NCBI RefSeq assembly: GCF_000150275.1
Contig: NW_002060952.1
Span: 828,482-892,481, forward strand
Direction of reading: 5' to 3'
DNA: 64,000 bases
Source: Trichoplax adhaerens
Lineage: Eukaryota > Animalia > Placozoa
This document shows positions 57,401-64,000 of the stretch, in pieces (positions within the stretch are counted from its first letter, which is position 1; the number at the start of each line of letters is the position of its first letter). Below the pieces are notes generated by a model. That model made no database searches, was not told the DNA's origin, and saw only the letters and a list, made by a program, of their open reading frames with translations. Both the position numbers and the translations under genes were made by a program.

Positions 57401-58741
57401 CTTTACATGCTCGAACATTGACTCAAATGGAGGTACACGTCGCAAAACATTTCCATAACTCCTACAGCTTGTATAGATCTCAAATTTCTAAAATGCAGAC
57501 GCTTAGCTTTAAAGTGCCTTTCTTTCAATTTTAATCTTAGATGTTCGAATAATAAGGATAATAATGTGTACCATGTGTAGCTGGGCTTAAATAACTGCTA
57601 TCGTATCAATCTAGGTCGAATCTAGAGGTGCTTTGCTACTTGTTATGGAGCTTGGTCGCTTAATTGGATTAGAAGAATGTGGCAAAAGTAACGAACAGAA
57701 CTTAAATCTTATGAGACTCTTAGTCCCTATTACAAAGCTTTATACTGCAAAACAAGTGAGGACTTGTGAAAAAACTCTCAACATATAATTATCCCGTATG
57801 ATATCAATTCAAAGGTATTTACTTTGATCGATAGGCTATGCAAATTGTATCGGAAGGGTTGGAGTGCTTTGGTGGTCAAGGATATATTGAGGATACTGGT
57901 TTACCGACAATTTTTCGTGATGCACAAGTACGGAATAATTGCATTAAAATTTAAATTGTGTATTTTTAATATGTTAGCAAATTAATTAAATATTAATGTG
58001 AATAGGTGCTACCCATCTGGGAAGGGACAACTAACATTCTGTCTTTGGATGTACTTCGATCTCTGTTTAAGTCCAAAGGCAGTGTAAGCGAATTTGGTCT
58101 ACTGAATTTTTAATAGATTTCTTTTTTTATAGAATTCTAGGGTTATGTTAGTATTGATCCTATACTTTGTCCTAAATAAATTATAGGTTCTACAAGCATT
58201 CTTATCGTCCGTGCAAGAACGGCTTGCAATAGCGATGGCAGCAAAAAGTGAATTGCAAGATGTTGCAAAAAGTGTTGGTACAGCAGCTGAAGCCATCAAA
58301 AAGTTTGCCTACCAAGTAGAGCAGCAACATGAACAATTTCTAGAAGTTGCCGCACGTGACTTTTCATATAGTTTAGCGCGAGTTTTTATGGGTACAAGAT
58401 TGACCTATGTTGCATTTTTTAGAACTTGCTACTATTATTGAAAAATTGTTAAATAGTAAAATAACTTGCCCAATATCAAATCCAACTATTACAGGATCTC
58501 TACTTGTCGAGCACGCTGGTCATATTGAATCTGGAGAAGTTGACCTATTTATTGCCGAAAGGTAATTTTTTACTTTATATTAAATTAATTGTAACTAACG
58601 CAATTTCAAGTTAGTTTACTGTGTCAATTTGGTAGATTTTGTGATGCTGACTTAACTCCAGTGGTAACCTTATATCAACGGGATTGTTATAGCGCAAATG
58701 CAATTGATCTGTATAATGAATCTATTGCTATATCCGAATAA
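54404..58741 (+). CDS. Acyl-CoA dehydrogenase, AidB/ACDH-11-like family (~579 aa; start codon uncertain)
   Basis: Exons 54404-54507, 55136-55368, 55678-55777, 55908-56034, 56146-56285, 56424-56498, 57029-57103, 57238-57432, 57615-57755, 57835-57927, 58006-58083, 58187-58391, 58495-58561, 58636-58741; frame continuous. Motifs typical of the AidB-like clade: [78 protein letters not shown] (catalytic Glu). Confidence 0.93.
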
Positions 58742-61629
58742 TGCTACGAAAAAGAATTGTCACATAAAAGCCGAGCCCTTTTGCAGTCTTATTTGCAAAT
58801 ATCTGAGCGTAAACTCTTTGCATTTATGAAAAAGAAGAAAAAATAGTAATAATTATCAACGTAATTTGGAATAATCAATTAATTAATGATGCTTTACGTA
58901 CGAACTCTAGTTAATAAAAGAGTTGGAAGCTTTTATAGTTTGATTTTTTCAGCATGGTACTTGTTAGCCTCGTGCCATTATTTTTTACAGTACTATGATA
59001 ATACGACCAAGCATATTTGCATCAGTATATCTCAACATTTTTGATTAGATAACAAGAGTATTAACTGAATATTTAACAGTCGAAATCGGTCCCTACTAGG
59101 GCCCACTTCAGCAATAATTTGAGCAAGAATTGATCAGAGATCGATAGAATTTCAATATTTTTTAAGGATTCCCCTTAGATTAGGTATTGAAAGTCCTACA
59201 TTAAGTGAAAATTTTAAGCAAAAAGCTTCATATGCGAAATCTTTCGAAATCGATTGTGGCATTAGATTATTTCTTTCAGTAAATTCCTGTTTCCGATTAA
59301 AAAGCTGGCAAATACTGCTCTTGAAATTTAACTCAGTCCTAATATTAAGGGAATTATACATTTATAAGACTTTACATTGGCTAACAGCAACACATAGTTT
59401 GAATAATACAAGTACATCATTTTATCACGCCGGCCATCATCTACAATATCTACAATTACTATATTAAATTGAGTTGCGCATTTATCTATAGTAATTTACT
59501 ACGTACTAACGAACCTGCATAACATACCATGCAAATGACAGTTCTGATAATAATAGTAATTCATGTTATTTTTAGCAAATAGTCAAATCTTCAGCACGCA
59601 CATATCTTGTGAAAACCATACTTTCTAAACAGATCGCTCTTGTAGTTGACTGAAATCACTGCGGCTTGCTCATCCAATGGATTAAAAATGATGAAATTGA
59701 TTGTAGATTTGATCATTTGATTTTATATCACCTAGTTTGTTTGCATGAAGAATTGAAATAATCAATTTAATTTTCATATCCAATTCTTTTTTGTTAGAAA
59801 ATCATCTATAATGCAATAGTAATTTAAATGACTTTAGATGAGCATTATTTGAAAAATGATCATTATAGTACTGTACAGTAAAGTAAAAAGACCAAAGATG
59901 CAGCAATTAGATATTTGTATTCATATATGGCAGTGTTACATTTCTGAGCTAGATCCCAACGATAAATATGGAATACAGTAAACCACCCTTTTAACCCTTC
60001 CACATTAAAGGATAAAGTCATTTATTGTGCACGGATGAGATATAATTCGAGCTAGCTCTGTATTTTTTAGTTAATCGAATAGTTTACATCAATTAAAGGA
60101 GAGATTCATTTTAATACGTGATCAATCCTAGAAGATCAACAACCCACTCAATTATATGGTGATTTAGTTAAGAAAGATCTGCTAATAATTTAAAACTCGA
60201 ACGAAAGACATCGGAAACGACTTTCAATGATTATCTCTGCATATTAATCTGTAAAGAATGATCTTTCCAAAACTCACCTGACACTAAGTAGTATCTGCTA
60301 TTGATTTTATTTCCTAGATACTGATTTTATAAACTGGAGCTTTTTTGTATCGGCGCAAAATGACGATGTAACTAGTCAATGCCGTAGGGTAACAGAACTC
60401 AATTTTTTTGGTCTTTTAAAATAAATGCTCATAATTGCTAATGCTCATTGATTTACTGCATTTATTGCATTTACTGCAACTTTGCTCGGGTGGTAAAAAA
60501 TAGCAATTTTCTACCAATCATTTATGAAGTATTGATCATTAGGTTTTGTACTAAAATTATTTTCTATATTGCATAACAGCAAAAAATCATGATAAAGTTA
60601 AGCTTTAGTAATTATAACTTGATAAAAAAAATGACGGGATTTAGTGTGTATATTCCCATTTTATTCTTATGGCAATTTTATGGTTAAACAGATGTAAGAA
60701 AACCGATGTAATCAAGAACTGAGAAAGTTTTATCCTGATTTAAACTATAGTTATTCCTTTCTTACAAAATTTAAAATCTTAATAATCTTATGGAATAAAT
60801 TATAATTGTTGAAGGGTAGGTAAGGTATCAGCAATTTGTATGTAATATCCTTAGCTGAGATGCCATTGCACAAACTAATGGATACGTGAAGATTGATATT
60901 TAAATATTATTAAATTCTATCATGCAAAGGATGAGAGTAATACTATTATCTTAAAGTGTTAAAGAGTGAATACTCGTATGTGCACTAATGCATTTTATTT
61001 TGTATTTTATTTCAACCTAAGCTAGAGGAAATGATGTGCCAACAAAATGAAATTCTCATAAGGTTAGGTTGCGACTATTGATTGAGCACAATACTATGAG
61101 TGATTCTAGTTTAGTAATAAGCAATTTATGTCAGTTAGATAAGGTGACTGAAATAATTCTTCGCTATTAATAAATTAATCGTCATCAGTAGCATACTATA
61201 GCATAGGAAAATTATTAATTGCAATAAACATGATTCTTAATTATTTAAGGGTATAAAATTTATGAAAGTCAATTTTAAGCTAATATTGACAACGAATTCA
61301 ATAATGGATAACAGAAAGGTAAATGATTATAATAAATACTTGTGACAAATTATAGCGTATTAAATCTTTTGTCTTATAGGAAAAAGTGAGCAATTGCTTA
61401 CGGAATTTAACTTAACTACACTAATCTATGTCTTCGGCAATTTTAAGCTGATGTGATAAAAGTTTACAATCATAAGAGGATGGTAAGATATTTCGGATAG
61501 TTCATCGTACAGGATAAAATTAAGGCTTATCTGAATAGATAGAGTTGGTTATTTTGATCTACAGGATATCGCCGTAAATGATAAAGTCCAATGGAAATGA
61601 GTAAAAAAATGCTATTATCAACTTTCAAT

Positions 61630-62613
61630 TTAATGTTCACGAATGAATGAGCTTGCTGTTTTATTGCTGACGATGCTTGCGGGCTTAACTTGTGTTCTCA
61701 CGATGTTACCAGTGTATGGCGATGTTTGAAAGATGAGAATTTTACCCACACCACGGCATAAGCAATTACTCGTTAAAATTTGCTGAAATGATTTTCTAAA
61801 TGATGTATTCATGACAGCATAAATGAGAGGATTAACACACGAGTTGAAATAGCCAAAAGCAACTAAAACATTTAACGGCTGGCGCATGGAATTGGATAAT
61901 TCCTTATTAATCCTATAACTTATTATGAATAAACCATAAACGATTGTAGCTGGTGTCCAACATAGAACTAAACACCCTAAGACTAATATAATCATTTTGA
62001 TCGATTTTCGCTCATTTTTAAGGCGTTCTTCTCTATTTCTAGCCAACGAATTGCCAACGGCTTTATTATGAGTTTTAATACGTCGCCATATTAGCCCATA
62101 GCAGAACATGGTGACAATAGCAATAAACCAAAACCAGACAAAATGCATCAATGCAAACCAGATATTGTACTTCCAATTAAAGACTACAATGCATGTTTCA
62201 GCAATGGCAAATATCCACAGCGGTGGTATGATATATTTAACTTGGGACCACTGCAAGCGTGCTTTTTCAGGATGTACTATGCCACGATAGCGATCTACAC
62301 TAATAATGGCTAACTGCAGTAGAGAGCAAGATACCGCTGACAACGCTACTTCGCCAGCTACAAGAGCAGCCAATGGACGTGGATCCTGAAATAGGCTAAA
62401 TAGCGCTAATGGCACTGTGATTGTACAAACTGCAAGATCGGCAATTGCTAAAGAGAGTATAAAACCATTGGTTGCTGTTTTCATATTATGGTTCTTAAAG
62501 ATTGCCATGCAGACTAGAATATTGCCAATGGTTCCATAGATGAAAGTAATGGATAGCGTCGGAATAAGGATAATTTTACTAGCTAACGAGATGTTGCCTG
62601 CGACTAATACCAT
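61630..62613 (-). CDS. Intronless rhodopsin-family (class A) orphan GPCR, 327 aa
   Basis: Seven hydrophobic segments; GN (TM1), SLAIAD (TM2), DRY (TM3), W4.50, Y5.58, CWTP (TM6), NSCVNPLIY (TM7), helix 8 FRKSF and C-terminal CLC palmitoylation candidates; N-glycosylation sequon NIS in a short N-terminus. Confidence 0.95.
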   Translation of the reverse strand: MVLVAGNISLASKIILIPTLSITFIYGTIGNILVCMAIFKNHNMKTATNGFILSLAIADLAVCTITVPLALFSLFQDPRPLAALVAGEVALSAVSCSLLQLAIISVDRYRGIVHPEKARLQWSQVKYIIPPLWIFAIAETCIVVFNWKYNIWFALMHFVWFWFIAIVTMFCYGLIWRRIKTHNKAVGNSLARNREERLKNERKSIKMIILVLGCLVLCWTPATIVYGLFIISYRINKELSNSMRQPLNVLVAFGYFNSCVNPLIYAVMNTSFRKSFQQILTSNCLCRGVGKILIFQTSPYTGNIVRTQVKPASIVSNKTASSFIREH

Positions 62614-64000
62614 GATAAAATACCCAATGAGGTTGGTAGAAGCAAAGGGAATAGATAAGGTGATATAAAATCCAAGGTAGATCTTATTTAATGTTGAATT
62701 TACGAAAAATTCTTCAACGGTAAGGATTGCTTGATAATACTATGAATGATAGTTTAATGAAGAAGGCAAATAGTACTTCCAAAACGATTTTACGTAGTTA
62801 AAATTGCAATTTTTCAGCTTACGTGAGTGTAGAGTTTAACCTCTTTTAAATATGCAACGGATTGAATAATTTACGTTTGGTAAAAATTGAAATTGTTCGA
62901 TACTTGAATCGTCTAGTTGATGCTAATCTCTATTCCCCACGCAAATGACCAGACCAAATCCTTCCTAATAGTTTAGAAAGTTATCATTAACAACCCATTA
63001 GCAATAATAGTACAACATACGAACTGTATTATTATCTTATTTTGCCCAACTTATAATATATTAAATTAAGTTAAAAATTAAGACACAATATAAATGGCAA
63101 ATTGCCTCTTTCTTTAGTCGATTTATATTTAAAATATTAATTAAAACGAGGTCAAATCGGTTTATCTGATAGCTAAAATAAAGAATAAAATTTTAATAGT
63201 AGAAAAGCAACGATTTTAATTCAACATGATATCGGATGAAATTAGAGTATGTTTAACGCTACTTTTCATAGATATAAATGTAAATCAGCTTTCTATATAT
63301 CCCTAGCAATCTTGCAACCATGAAATTTTCTCGGTTTTATACTATCAACTGTGGCAATGATATAGGAATCTACTGAATTAGGACTACATCAGCATAATGT
63401 AACAATTAAAAGTATGCTTGATTTAATTTAGAGAATCGTTAGCTTCACTAAATATTAATTGTAGCAACGACCTTTGTTGATTAACGTAGTTACCTTTTTA
63501 GACCTCAATGCAAAAGTTCTCCTCCTTTTTGTTTTTCATAAACGAACGGAAGGTACCGTAATTGCATTCAGTAAAAATTTTCTTCAAGCGATGATCTTAT
63601 TTATTTATGCAAAATGACATAGTATGAATTTCAAATATTCGCCACCAATGGAGGTAATTTAGCTTTAATTAGTTTAACGAAAAGTCGAATCTTAATATTG
63701 GCGACAAGCAGAAATATAAATTATGGAGATGACATCAAAGTTTTTCAGTGCTTCAGATACTGCAAGAATGAATAACTTTCAGATTATATCTGTTACACTT
63801 TTGATTAAATTTGATGTGATTGCAGTTGGATATACAAGTTGTGAGATAGAAAAGGATCTTTAATAGAAATATCGGGATTACTACCAGAATTGATCTTTTG
63901 GAATTTGAAACAGAATAAAATTACTTTCAGCTAGAATTTCTCTTAGCATTAGCGCAGATCTAGTTCCTTCTTAAACCCACTCGACATCGGATGAAAACTA

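Noticed and set aside
57168-62290. Track ORFs 57168, 58099 (-), 59152 (-) and 62108 (+)
   Set aside because: Alternative-frame or antisense shadows of ACAD and GPCR exons, or random intergenic ORFs.

Overview
Eukaryotic, AT-rich (about one-third GC by eye), intron-rich animal DNA with short GT-AG introns. The composition and vertebrate-like intron positions suggest a basal metazoan such as a placozoan (inference only). Six protein-coding genes can be reconstructed by hand. (1) The 5' four coding exons of porphobilinogen synthase ALAD on the - strand, continuing off the left edge. (2, 3) A tandem pair of two-exon paralogues (9593-10540, 18493-19492) encoding an unnamed Cys-rich protein with a hydrophobic segment and a probable bacterial-type PH-like domain; a possible decayed third copy lies between them. 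(4) A complete 20-exon, 1084-aa natriuretic-peptide-receptor-type transmembrane guanylyl cyclase (34549-49438) with an 8.65-kb first coding intron, preceded by about 15 kb with no recognisable gene. (5) An AidB/ACDH-11-like acyl-CoA dehydrogenase (54404-58741, 14 exons found, start uncertain). (6) An intronless class A GPCR (61630-62613, -) lacking the TM3-ECL2 disulfide and with an ultra-short ECL2. Non-coding structure includes a diverged ~220-bp tandem array (52.0-52.9 kb) and a GC-richer, palindrome- and TACTGTA-dense region with antisense splice signals upstream of the first paralogue (8.1-9.0 kb). No tRNA, rRNA, CRISPR or intact transposase was seen. Most short ORFs in the supplied track are spurious or exon read-throughs.
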